Assembly: GCF_018350175.1 (NCBI RefSeq) | Contig: NC_058373.1 | Span: 112,222,001 to 112,286,000, forward strand | Direction of reading: 5' to 3' | Length of the DNA stretch: 64,000 bases | Source of the DNA: Felis catus | Lineage: Eukaryota | Shown here: positions 38,541 through 51,985 of the stretch, in pieces | Position numbering within the stretch: position 1 is the stretch's first letter | Layout of the letters: each line of letters starts with the position of its first letter | The notes under the pieces: model-generated | Seen by the model: the letters and a program-made list of their open reading frames with translations, nothing else | What the model was told of the DNA's origin: nothing | The model's database searches: none | Made by a program: the position numbers and the translations under genes

Positions 38541-41500
38541 TAAACAATTGTTTTTACTCAGATTTATTAGTTACAGCAATAGGTTTTTATGTTGTTTGTT
38601 TTTAATCTGCAATTTACCAAGTTTTATAATCACACTGGTTCAATTTATGTTCTAAAGGAACTGGGAACCCGGAAACATTAAGTATAAATTATGTAACTTG
38701 CTCTAGAGAGTAAACAGGTTAAATGGGCAACTAAGAAAAGAGGCCCAGAGCTGATATAATCTTTTTATCCATTCAACAAATATTTGTTGAATGCATACTA
38801 AGTGCCAGGCACTATGCCAAGTGCTGAGGAATACTAGTGAGCAATATCCTCCTGGAAATTGTGGTCCAGCTTTTTACCTAATTCTATGTAAATATTCTCA
38901 TGAATATATTTCTGGTTTAGATTTTATGGGACAATTAACTCCAATTTATACGGTTTGTTTCACACAAATAAAATATTATTTTCTATTTTATGTAAAATTA
39001 TGACACCAAAAATATTATTTTTTGCAATGCATGAGTTTATATTCTTACTTATGTCCCATTGTGACCTCTGATATGTTTTATTTTTAATTAAAATACATGT
39101 GAAATACATGTAACATGTAACATAAAATGTGCTATTTTAGTGATTCTGATAATATGTTTTTTGTCATTATATGGGCAAGCAAAGTGTTAAGTTTGTGTGT
39201 ACTTAATACTGTGGATCTATGTGCATTGGGCACTATAAATCTGTCTAATGAAGTAGCAAAAGTTCAAAAGTAGAAAACCAAATCAAGAAGACCAGCGTAC
39301 CCGTTGGGAAACTTGGGAATCAGAACGTGGTTATCGACTTGGCAGCAAGTACTTGATTACTATCTCCCAAACAGATTTGATCTCATTATAACGTGATGAT
39401 GAAAAATCACCACAAACTCATAAAATATAATAGGCATCTGGATTAAAGCAGACAGTAAAATATGGTTTCAAAGAAAATGTAACTTCTGTTAGACTGAAGC
39501 AAAATCTTATCCATATCACAAATATGCATAATATAGGCTGAAGATCATGAAAGAGTCAACATGTATTAATGTTTACATTACATTGGTAAAATAGTCCATT
39601 TTGACTCCGTATTAACGAATAAATTGAGCACATTGTCAGTTACCCTTCCGGTGACATATGCAACTTCCTTTGTTCTTAGGATTGTCCACCATTTCTTATA
39701 GACAGATACTGCACAATAAGAAGAACAGAAATGTACTCAGTATTTTCCTTACATTTATTTTTGAAATGCATTTTTGAAGAAATATTGCTAACACCAGGCT
39801 TTAGGGTTTTGTTTTGTTTTGTTTTTGCTGAACCTATTAATATCTTAGGACAGTTTGGGAACATTATTCTATATGCCATGCAAAGCTATGCAGATTAATA
39901 AAAAGGATTTTGGCCATTTGTGGCACCTCACCTTATTTTTTTTTTAATTATACGAACACTGAGAGTATCTTGCCATCTATGTGGCTGTGAGTGATCTCCT
40001 CCACTTCTTATAGATTGGGACACTGAATAGAAAGCTCAAATGACCAGTTAATTAATTCAGGGTTTTCCTTCTTTAGATTATCAACTCTAAGAGACAAGGA
40101 TAAACTATTTATTTATATCCCTGTTGATTTATATCCCTAAATCACCTATCACAGTACATAGCATTTAATTTCCATCTGTGGAAAAGAGGCAGGATGGCCT
40201 AGTCAAACATACCTGGATTCAAATTCTAACTCTACCTCTTACCGGCTAAACAACCATGGGAAAATTTGTTAATCTCAGAATTATTAATCCTGTATTAAAT
40301 GATGATGGTAACTTGTTCCACAATTGCTATGAAAATTAAGTGAGGTAATAAATATCATGTATCCAGTACAAAGCATGGGCACATGATAAAGACTCAGTGA
40401 ATGTTAGATCCTTCCCCTTACTTCATATACTCTTCATACCGGGGTGAATCCTGGAACTAATTATAAAGTGAAGTCCCCCCTTCCCCTTCCCCTTTCAGTA
40501 CCTAAAAATATTGCCACTAGTGGTGGGTTGCTTTTTTGGTGGAGGTACTACTTCCGGAGGTTCGAGTTCCCTCTTTTGTCAGTATAGACACTTTTTGAAA
40601 AACTTGGTGACCTTTGAGGTTTCTTTCAGCTCAGGAGTTCTTTCAGCTCATCATTCCCCTCCTCTCCTCTCTACCAAATTTCAACTTAACCTGATAAACT
40701 AGGCATCAGGGAAAACCGACTTCATATTGCCCAAGGCTTCCAGAGGCAATTTTCTGGGCACAAGCAATTAGCTGCCCTAGGCAAAATTGCACAGTAGACA
40801 AAGCTTTCCTCCTCCCTCTCCTGCAGTACCCACCCCCATACCTGCAGGGTTCCTCAGCTGCCTTCAGCCTGCCAGAGCACTCACACCCACCTACAATTCT
40901 GACTTTACCCAAGCCTCAAACTCTAAATTTCCCCCCTCTCTCTCCATATATAATCTTCTATTCTGTTTTGGGGGGTTAATCTCAGCTAGGTCATACGAGG
41001 TAATCTAATCTAAAATTTTCTGACTGACACCTGCATTTTAAAGAATGTGTTAGCATAAATAGTGAAATATTTATGGGGTTATCTCTAAACCCTTGAACTT
41101 TAAAATGTCCTTTGCTTACTCTGGGCTACTAGATCTTTCTCTACCAGTTTTATCTTTTCAAAAGAATAGAGGTCATTTCTTACACCTTTGCTTCTGAAAT
41201 AGTATCAATCCCTGTGATAAATTCATCAATGCCAGTAGAGTTCTTAGATAATGTGCATGTGATGGTGTTTTGTTTTTTCTTTTTTTCATATTTACTCTTT
41301 CACTCTGTAGTGCCTCACTACCCGTCCTCCATCTATGTAAATCGGGGTCTCAAATCAGTGGCCTAGGATTTCTCTAGGGCTCTGGATATGTGCTGTTTTT
41401 GGTTATTTCATTGGGCCTATAATAGATACTGAAGCACATATTATTCTTAGCCAGCAACACAAGCAGTTTAGCACTTCTCTAGCCTACGTCACATATTTGT

Positions 41501-42474
41501 GTTAACTGTCCCAAAGCACTTGAGTTTTTGAGCCCCTACTCATCCCTTAAGACCTCCCATCCAAAAGTCATCTTTTCTATGAAACTTTGAGAACCAATCT
41601 TTTGCACACTTACAGCAAGTTAGTTGCCCGTTGTTCTGAGGAGCACCTAGTATTACACACAGGGGCTCCGAATAGAATGGTTGACTGCAAATGCAAAGTA
41701 ATGGAGTAGGTCTCAGGGCAGAGACTACAGACTGGGGCAGCCAGGAAGCAAGAGCTGTTATGAGATTGACTGGGTTTTATGGGTGTGCCCTTAAATTGCC
41801 CAGTTTAGGATGGTAACTCCTTTACATCTAGGAATGTCTAACACAGCCTTGTACCTTCTAGTGCCTCCTAAGGCAGTATTTTCCCTTATATACACGGTGT
41901 CGATATTTACACAAACTTCATTCCCATTATGCAACATCATTTCCCCTCCCCCCCTCCCCCCCCCCCCCCACACATGTAAACTGAGCTGTTTGGCTCATTT
42001 GCACTACAGCCAGGACCCACTCCTTTGTTGTCTTTTCCCTCCTCATGAGCAAAATAAGCAAAGGCAACTCATCTTGCCCTCAATTCCCTCCATTACCATG
42101 ACTGCCACAAGAGGTTGAACATAATGACAGCAATCATCATTAATAAAAAGGCATAAATTTAGTGTTTGGATCTTTGCTGTGAGCCTACCATGTAGGCTCA
42201 TTCTTCTGGTATTTTGGTAACTGAACCTCCCTGGACTGAAGGTTGAAAGGAGAATATTATTCTAAATCTTATTCTTTTGCAAACAGCATAATGGCAAGAT
42301 TCCAGCATAATAATACTGGACATTTACATAATGCCCTTTTTCACGGGCATTCATAGCGTTTTGCAAAATGTCTTATGTGTCTTTTTCGATATTAGATAAG
42401 AAGAGAGGAGGAGATGATTGATTCTAGTTGGGGAAAGTGAGATAGGCAAAGTCTGAATCAAAGAAAAAAAGAAG

Positions 42475-42481
42475 GAAAGAC

Positions 42482-42552
<71 letters not shown>

Positions 42553-42555
42553 AAA
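42475..42555 (+). repeat. (GAAA)n tetranucleotide microsatellite
   Basis: Direct reading. Confidence 0.97.
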
Positions 42556-45500
42556 AGAGGGAGGAAGGAAGAGAGAGAAAAGAAAGACATCATAAAAGTG
42601 GATTCCTACTTCTGAACCTAATGTTTGCTCTTTCCACTATCCTTCTGATAGCAAAGCGTTTTTCCTTGCCTTGATTCTGCTGTCCAATAGCATCAAGTGA
42701 ATATTGAAATGCAAAAGAACATTAAAATGGCCTTTAAAATGGGATTCAGTCAAAAGACATGTTTAGGATGTCAGGGTTTATTAAAAATGGATTCCTAATA
42801 AACCTGTTTTTAAAAGTTAAGAAACCGATATCAAAGCAAAATTAGGGGAAAATATTAAATGACCACAAAATGAGCTGCATGTTTCTGTTTCCTATTGATA
42901 GAAGATATAGGAAATTGTTAGCTAAAAAAAGACCAGACTATCCTTAAATAACCTAGAGGCAAGCAGTAATAAATTGTAATTCATCTGATAAATTTCTCAA
43001 AACAAAAATACATCCAGCTTGGACTCACTAGGGATTTTCAGAATACTAGATTTAGAAGAGAAAAAAAAGTACTTTGAAAAAGAAAAGTGGGAAAAGGGGG
43101 AGAGTAATATATAGAGTGATTAAAGTCTGAGTCTGATGTTTTAAAAGGCAGTAAAAAGAACTAGTGATATAATAATAGCCCCAGGGATTTAAAAAAGAAT
43201 TTCCTCAAATATATCTGAGGGATAAGAAATACTGGAGAGAAAATAGGCCCATTAATAAATGACAAATGAGATGAAATGAGATTTTGAAAGAGTTGAGCTA
43301 CTGAACTGCTTTTTTTTTTTAATAGATCTTTTAACAAGAAAACAAAAAAGGAGCTAAGGACAGAGAAGGAACAAGTCTTGTCAGCAGAATGCTGATAAAT
43401 AACAAGCAAAGGAATTCAGTCCTTGCAAAAACTAAGGATTTTCCAAATCAGCAGACTTGGGGGATATGCCTTCTACTGGGGATGAGAAGGAACTGAGTAA
43501 TTTATATTCTGAACCACATTTTCCCTTGCATCTTCATCTGGCTGAGATGATCAAACCATATCATGAACCCCAGAAACTGCTTTAACTTCAATCACCTGCC
43601 ATTGCATCCTCACCCCTAACATCCTCAGATAATCTCATGTGCTTTCACAAACATCATCCCCTAGCGCCAAGCACTATACCAGGTACTATGAATACAAAGA
43701 ATGAAACATTAGCACCTTTTCTAAATCCTCTTCTTTTTCCCTTAAATCGTGTCTAATCCTTTACCTTGGGCCCCTCAGTTTCTGTTCAGGAAACCCCACC
43801 AGTTCTTTTCAACAAGCACAGGTATAGGCGCACACAGTTACCTTGAAGCATACAGGTTAATATATTTTTCCTTTACATGACATTTACCTATCTTCTTTCC
43901 TAAATTAAAGACCTCGAAATTAAATTCCCATGACCTTAAACACAGGCCAATCATTTCCCTGAAGTTTTCAGAAGGTCAATCAACATTCTTCTAAGAAAAC
44001 ATGAGCAACTTTAACTGAAAAAATAATTAATGCATATGGCTAACATTTCAAACTGTCAAAGGATGGATATACAATTAAAAGTAAGTATTCCTCTCATCTT
44101 AAATCACCATTCCCCTTCCCTAGAATCACTATTGAATTATTTATGTGGTCTCTCATATACTTTCCATGTACAAACATAGGGGTATGAATATCTTTTTTCT
44201 TTTTTTGAAGAAAACATAAACAAGAGCTGATTTTAAATCCTGTTCTGCATTTTTCTTCTTTTTTTTTTTTTTTAAGTTGACACTGTATTTTGGGCAACTT
44301 TCCATATCAGCACATGGAGATCTTTAGAATAGCTACATAAAAAAAATAGCTACATAATATAGTATTTTATTGCACAGATTGCTATAATTTACTTAACAAG
44401 TCTCCTATATTGCACATATTGATTGCTTCCTTTCTTTTGCTATTACAATGAGCTGTGCTATTTATGCGTCTGAACAAAGGAGATAATAATATTCTTTTGT
44501 GCAGAGTTAATGCAAAAATTAAATGAGATTTATGTGAAAGCATCTAGAATGCCTGGCACATGTTAGACATTTTTGGTACATGTTAGCTAGATAAATGAAT
44601 TGAATGAGGACCCAAATAAACTAACAGTGCTTCCAATTTTGTTTCATGTCTGATGTCTCCACCCACTAGAATGAAAGCCTCATGAAAGTAGGGATCAATC
44701 TTGTCTGTCTTCTTTCACTGCTGAATCCCTAGAGCCTAGAACAGTGCCTGCATACAGTAAATGTTGAAATGTATAATTGGTTAATTAATGAATAAATATC
44801 ATCAGTCATCATTCTTAGTTTACTCTGACCCCCCATTTTAATTTCAAGGTAAAAGGGCCTATTTAAGATAAAAGAGCAGGCCTCTTTCAAGTGACGTTAT
44901 TCATAATTTGATTCTGAGAAAAGTCAAAGAGCAAGGCCTCTCCCAGATGGGTGTGGAACCCGGGCAACTCAGCCTGTCCTGCCTGTCCAAGCTAATCTCA
45001 CTTGAAAGGAGGCTGCATGGTCAGCAAGTTTCATAAACCTCTTGGGATATCATTAAAGGCAGAAATTTTGAAAGCGATTTTAATTATATTCAGAAAGTAG
45101 GAATAGGTGTAATACCCACATGGCCCTCCCTCCAAGCGTGAGACCGGCGGTGGCTACCCTACCTACCCTAAGGATGAGCTTGTTAAAGACAACCATCATT
45201 TGTGAATTAATCACTATTTTCAAATAAAGATCACAGTACAGTCAAGGATTTCTTTATAATAACATTACACTCATTAGCATTGCCTTCTTAGTTTGGAGAG
45301 AATTAGAGACATGTCTCTTAACCCTAGGTGCACCATGGGAATATGTTCCATATGGGAAGGTCATCTTTCCTACGCGTTGCATGAGGAAAAAAAGTTGGCA
45401 AACACTGGTCTAAACTAGGGTTTTCAGGTCAGGTTTCTAGAGCCTGTGGTTGCATATCTGGGATAACCAAGGTCTTAAACTTGAGGGTGGCCGTATAACT

Positions 45501-47553
45501 GAAATAAATTGTGTTGGGCCTCACTTGGCTCATTCTCAACTTGTTCTCTTATTAGGAGACACACAGTTGGGAAATCACACAGTAATTATTAGCACAATAA
45601 TCTCTTCACTCTTCATTTCTTAAGTGGAGAAATATGCACCCCAGCGTAGAGAGTGCATTCTGAATGCAGAGTAAGAATCTTTTAAGTCCTTTCTTTGCCT
45701 ATTGTTGCCTCTCTCAGCCTCACACCAACACAGGTGCTCCTGAAAAAATTCACTCTCAATTACCACCTTCTCTCAACCTCAAACATCCAGTCCGAGGGTC
45801 TATCTCTTATCCCCCATCTCCCTGATGGCATTAACCATTAATCTGCGCACTCAGATGTATGCTCTGGGTGCAGTTTAGCCTTCTGGACTTCAGTGCTGAT
45901 TAAGACAGATACCCTTCATTATCAGAAGTATCTGCAAGTAACATGAAGTTTTTTGTTTGTTCTGTTTTCTATTTTGTTATAATTTTTTCTAAGTATAGAC
46001 GTTTCAATATTTTCTTTTTCTCCATACTTTCTATTGTTAAGTTAGCATGTATTGATTTTATAAGAAAAAAGTCTTTAATTTTAAAAGTTTCTACACGCGT
46101 ATTAGAGAAACTTTGGAAAATCCAGAAAATAAAGGACAAACATAATCACTGAGAACACCTTGGTTTTAGTGCATCTTCTTCAGTCTTCTCTAAATGACAC
46201 ACAGACACACATACTATACTGTTCTCTATTATTTGATTTTGTGTTTTGAGTATTTTCTCTTTTTATTAAATATCTTTCAAAATATGATCTTAATGGTTCC
46301 TTTGCATTTTTATTGTATGGACATATTATAATGTATTCACCCATTCTCCAGTTGTTAGAAATTTGGATTGCTTCCAATGTTTTTACTACTTTATAATAAA
46401 TGGTCATTAATCTTTTATATATATTTCCTTAAAATGGATCAATAAAAATTAGAATTCCTGAGCCAAATCCTATGTACATTTCCTAAAATTTTGTGAAAAA
46501 TTCCAACTGTACCCCAAAATAGAGAGACTGGTATAATGAACTCACCTGTATGTATCACCACATGCTCAACATTATATCAAAATTATGCAACATCTTTATG
46601 TTTGCAGTTATTGATACACAGGATACTGCCTAATTGCTTTCCAAAAACGTACCAGTTTTCATGCACACCAGCACTGTGAAGCCCCCACAAGTATCCAACC
46701 AGTACTGAGTGTTTTCAATATCTAATCTCTGCTGGCTAATTTGGTCAGCTATTTCAAACCTAAGTTGTCAGAATCTGGCATTCCATTGCCCCACTGTCCA
46801 TTCCAGATCCTCTGTGAATTCCTTTTATCCCACAATATAGTTTCTGTCTTTCAAGATGGTCTGCCTCTCCTCAATCCAGCAGAGGAGCTCAGGCTTCAGC
46901 TGACAGTCCTTCAGCCTCTGGAGAATGGACGTGGCAGCAACTCCCTCTCTGCACGAGTATTCTTGGTGTACCCGGGGCAGCACAGGCCCAGCTGATCATC
47001 CCATTACTTGTCGGGACTTACTGTGAGTAATGATTGAAGGTTGTTGGCAGCTTTTAATCTCATGCTAACAGCTTCCATATGTCAGCCTTCTTTAAGGTCT
47101 GCATCTTTGCTGAGTAGACTAAAGTTTAGAATATATATATATATATATATATTTAAACATGGCTTTTTATATGCATTATCAAAGCTAGGTTGGTCTATTT
47201 ATAGAGAAATTGAATATCTCAGCAGCTTAGTATTTTTATTTGAGGCTAGATGTTCATAAGCAAAGAATTATTTATTATTATTATTATTATTATTATTGTA
47301 TAAGTAATATAATGGCTCTATGATGTACTGGAAAGATTACTAAGATGGGAATAAAGAGTCAAAATGTAGGCTTGACTCTGCTATTAACTAGTTATGTAAT
47401 GCTAGGTTAGTTTTAAAATCACTCAAGATTTAATTTTGCCTTCTTAAATTTTCTAAAATCCCTTCCAGTTCTAAAACTCCACAACTTAAAAATGTCTTGA
47501 TATAATCTATTACCCATTTTCTATTAAAAATGCACTTTAAAAGATGATAAATA

Positions 47554-47683
47554 GGGGCGCCTGGCTGGCTCAGTCAGTGGAGCAACTCTTGATCTCTGGG
47601 TTGTAAATTCAAGCCCATGTCGACTGTAGAGACTGCTTAAAAATAAAATCTTACCAAAATAAAAAAATAAAAAATAAAAAAAA
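47554..47683 (+). mobile_element. Short Can-SINE
   Basis: TSD aaaagatgataaatag on both sides. Confidence 0.9.
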
Positions 47684-47744
47684 AAAGATGATAAATAGCT
47701 TAGTAGCTGTTATTATATTACCTGTGAGGAGTAAGGTAAGTTGC

Positions 47745-47957
47745 CCAGTGGTGGGCAGCTGATAAATGTTTAACAACCAGTTCTCGAGGGGAAAAGGCCC
47801 TGATAAATATCGTTGGCCTAGTTCCTTCCATAGTATAAATACTCCCACCATAGGTTATTTAAAGCTACCAACTCCAAGTCACTGAGAGTAGAATTGGGAA
47901 GAGATAGACACAATTGTCTCACAAGCCTGTGTGAGCTAGTTCTGACACACCACTAGC
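47745..47957 (-). mobile_element. MER63A-like hAT-Blackjack element
   Basis: ccagtggtg TIR-like start; taaatgtttaacaacc; taaatactcccaccat; ends cacaccact. Confidence 0.8.
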
Positions 47958-47974
47958 CCTGCATTTATATGGTA

Positions 47975-48495
47975 TTCCAGGTAGAATCCTTTACACTGCA
48001 AGTAACAGAAAATCTTGTTATCCATGGTTTAAACAATAGGGCACTTAATTTTTCATGTGACAAGAAGTCTGAAGGTAAGTGGTTCAAAAGTCATTTCAGC
48101 AGCTCTACCACATCAGGGGGCTGGGTTCCTTTCTTTGTAATTCTCTTGGCCTTCCACCTCCTTGTAAAATGCCTACAGTACCTCCGAATTTTCTGCCCTA
48201 AGAGGACAGTGTCCAAAGTAGGAAAGGAAAGATAGAACGTATATATACTTTTTTCTTTCTTTTTTTCCCCCTCCTTTTATTAGAGAAGAAACATTCTGCC
48301 TGGAAACCCCAGCAGTCTTCCCCTTATGTTTCCCTAGCCAGGACTGACTCTGTGTCCATTCTTAGACCTATCACTGGCAAAGAGGATCTGAATTGTCATG
48401 ACTGCTTCAGACCAACTGTGATTCCAACCCTGGCCTAGACACAAGGCAGAAAGAGGAAGTAGCACTGATATAGGCAGGCAACAGTGTCTGCTACG
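47975..48495 (-). mobile_element. Old MLT1 (K/L-like) solo LTR
   Basis: tgcaagtaacagaaa; acaagaagtctgaaggtaag; ccagcagtcttccccttatg; caacagtgtctgcta. Confidence 0.7.
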
Positions 48496-48656
48496 TATGA
48501 AAGGGTTTCAAGCTGAAAAATGCTGATACTTTTAACTATCAAGTTCAATTCAATTTGGTAAATATTGAATCTGTTCAATGAGCAAGAGAAAGAACGTATC
48601 TGTCCCTCTTTCACCATGATCATATGCCCAAGAGTGGTTTCATAGAAGACTTCCTA

Positions 48657-48740
48657 GGGGCACCTGGGTGGCTCAGTCGGTTGAGTATCTGACTCCGGCT
48701 CAGATCATGATCTCACGGTTCCTGAGTTTGAGTCCTGCAA
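48657..48740 (+). mobile_element. Can-SINE 5' fragment (head only)
   Basis: tRNA-derived head that stops after the B-box region. Confidence 0.8.
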
Positions 48741-48958
48741 AACACTGCTTGAATTATCTGTATTTAAATGCCTCTTTAAAAATGATAATTTAAGTACAGG
48801 AAAAAACCAAACAAAAACAAAAACAAAAAATCTTAGCCCAGAAAAAAAAATGGATGGATTTATCTTGAATTGAGGTTCCAAATTGGTACTCTAGAAGCCA
48901 AATGAAATCCACGGATATGTTGTTTGGTCCATGCAGCATTTAAAAGTCAAGAGATCAA

Positions 48959-49146
48959 GGGGCACCTGGGAGGCTCAGTTGGTTGAGCACCCTACTTCTT
49001 GATTACGGCTGAGGTCATGATCCCAGGATCATGGGATCGAGGCCTGCGTTAGGCTCTCACTGAGCATGGATCTTGTTTAGGATTCTGTCTCTTTCTCCCC
49101 CTCTGCCCCTCTCCCCTGCCCTCTCTCGTAAAAAAAAAAAAAAAAA
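48959..49146 (+). mobile_element. Can-SINE
   Basis: Flanked by gtcaagag(a/g)tca repeats; poly(A). Confidence 0.88.
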
Positions 49147-50125
49147 TGTCAAGAGGTCACATAAAAACAGAGATTTCTACTTTCTTTTGGGGTCAATAAT
49201 TGGCAGAAATGGGTTTGAATTTTTGGCTTGAGCTGAGTGGTGGCCCCCCACCCCACTATAGACTGGGCCTCTGCTGCCCTTTCTCCCCCTCTCCCTGCCA
49301 AGGCTTATACCTGAGGTACCTTATGGCCAAAAACATACATCTTTTTCTAAATTATGGAAGGAGACTCATAATAGCCCTTGCAAAAAGTAAGAATGTTATC
49401 CTGTTTGTCTCATTTGACTCTAATCCTGAGGTGGGCAGGTCTATAATAGGATTTTTAGAATATATGACAAATAAATGATTCTTATATACATACATACATG
49501 CATACATACATACATACATACATAGACTACATATTTCTATCTTCTACCCTCTACTAAACATTATTTTCAAGGACAGTCAAAAAATTTAAGGTATCTTTGG
49601 AAGAACATTGGCATCTTTATAGATACCAGCCCATAGGATCTGGACCTCCCTTAAGGTGAATTCTGTGAGCCTTGGATCTCCTTATTAGACTTTTCCATTT
49701 TAAGAGATTCTACTTTTCCTATTTGCAACAGACTACAATGCCCACATGGAACTGAAGCCTGGGTACTCTACCAGCGCCCCAAGTCCACCTAGTCTGTCCT
49801 AACTTCCATTTATCCAGTTGTGCACCTGAAAACCCAATATGCCTTACAAATGAGTACACCCAACATGTAACAGTAAATTCCATCAATCCATTCTCTACAT
49901 CCACAAGCAAACTTCCTTTACAGATGGATGCACACACACGCATACACACATGCACACACATAAACACATACAAAGATGAATAAAACTAGAAAATGCTTTG
50001 GTTCCAAATATTTTATCCATATATTTAACAAATATATAGAAACAGAATAATTTTGCCAATTTGTTTCCTTATTTATACTTCTCTAGAAAGGATTTGGAGG
50101 TAATTTATTAAAATCATAAAAAAGA

Positions 50126-50328
50126 GGTGGTTCAGTCAGTTAAGTGTCTTGACTTCGGCCTAGGTCATGATCTCACTGTTCCCTAGTCTGAGCACTGCGT
50201 TGGACTCTGTGCTGACAGCTCAGAGCCTGGAGCCTGTTTTAGGTTCTGTGTCTCCCTCTCTCTCTCTGCCCCTCCCCCAGTCATGTTCTGTCTCTATCTC
50301 TCAAAAATAAATAAACATTAAAAAAATT
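50126..50328 (+). mobile_element. SINEC_Fc-type Can-SINE, slightly 5'-truncated
   Basis: Body and tail present. Confidence 0.9.
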
Positions 50329-50834
50329 AAAATCATTAAAAAAAAAGAAAAACTTATTAAAAAACCAAGACCAAGAAAATTTTAATTAGGTTAGAAGGTC
50401 ATAAGCAGAGGTTAGGATCCAAATGTCCAAGGTCACAAAATTATCTGAGATTCTTAGCAAACCAAAAGAAAAGAAAAACAAAACTAGTTTACTGATATAT
50501 CTCTAAGAAAAATTCATGCCAGTATTTTCCTAAAGAAGCAACACTTTCTTTAGTACCAAATTCTGAAAGAAATTTATGGTTTGTGGTCACCTGTGGGAAG
50601 TGCTGGTGACTGGGAGAGGTGGTGATGGAATGATGTCTTGGGTGATTTTCTTTACAAATGCAGGTAGCCTTCATAAAATTTTCTCAGGACATCTCAAGCA
50701 AAAGGTGAAGGTGTGACACAAAATATGACTCAGAGGAGGCAGTTCTACAGATGGCCCAGGAAAAAAAAAAAAAAAAAAAAAACTCAAGTAAGCAGCTTTC
50801 TGCTGATGCACTGTGATCAGAGAAGAAAGCTTGA

Positions 50835-51013
50835 AGTGGTATTTCTCAAAGGTCAGTCCACAGACCACACATCAGAATCACCTAGGAGTGCTTATTAAAA
50901 CCATATGTTTTGCAGATCTACAGAGTAGCAATCTCTGGGGGTGAGCCTGGAAATCTGCAGATTTTACAAGTTTCCCGGGGGATTCTTAAATACATCAGAG
51001 CCTAGAACCACTG
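50835..51013. mobile_element. MER5-like hAT-Charlie element
   Basis: tttctcaaag..catcagaatcacctagg..gcttattaaaa..ttttacaagtttccc..gattct..agaaccactg. Confidence 0.75.
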
Positions 51014-51019
51014 CAAGAG

Positions 51020-51985
51020 TGCTGGTCTTTAATTCTTTTTTTTTTTTTTGCTTGTATGTTCTAAAAGAATTTTCACATGTTTTATATCATTTCACATGTT
51101 TTTAGGTTGGATTCTAAAATTTATTATTTTAAGTTAAATAGCTACAAAAAACATTTCTGGTGTATTGACATACTGACATTTTCAAATAAATCTTTTATAT
51201 CACTTTAAAATGTATGCAATTAATCTTAAAAACCCACATCCAGTAACATCTAAAACTGTGAATAAGCCCTTCTTTAGCAGTCAAAATTTTTATATTTTTC
51301 TCCTTTTTTTCTTTGAACTCACATTTCCATCCCATTTCCCCACAGAATTTTTTATTCAAATGCAACATATTGTATGCTTGGAAGACTTTTTTTATCACCT
51401 TATCATACTTCTCTGCAAAATATGTATGTAACATTGAAATTTTATTTTTTATTTCCTGTGACCTTAAGGGTCTAAATGTTAACATTTCTTTAGAGTTGCA
51501 TTAGTGTTATAATTATTAGTAGTACACAATTTTTTTCATAAATGATTTTTAAGTATAAAAAGTTATTTTGGAAATGCTTGTATTAATTGATGGGTAGACT
51601 GTCCCCTCCCCCGATTTAGTTCACATATTTACAGGTGAATATTATTTTATCTATATTTTACCTATATTATTCTAGTCTAGAATAATATAGACTTCAGCAT
51701 CAATTTTATTTATATTATTTACTTTATATACAATACTCACTGAGAAAACTTGTTTACACAAATAAATAGATAGGAATGAAAGGTATTTTGTTACAGCAGT
51801 GTCACTGAAATCTTTGAACTCTTTCTGAATGATAAGCCAAAACCCATATAGTAATTTATCATCAAATCTCATTTGTAATAAATTTCAGCTGACAATTTTA
51901 TTAGGTCATCCTTCAATTTTGTTGAAAGCAAAGAATTGGAAACCACCTGACCTGCAAAATAATTTGTAATCCAGTCATTAACAAT
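51020..51985 (-). mobile_element. hAT (Charlie-type) transposase 3' fossil
   Basis: ORF 51672..51872 FW..EF..S....L.F.S.YLC...FS....K..N.IDAE resembles the hAT C-terminal dimerisation domain. Confidence 0.75.

Noticed and set aside
38860..39700. AT-rich unassigned block
   Set aside because: No ORF, splice pattern or repeat signature I could support; possibly an old DNA-transposon fossil
40512..40528. CTCF-like ccactagtggca on the minus strand
   Set aside because: One base short of the core spacing
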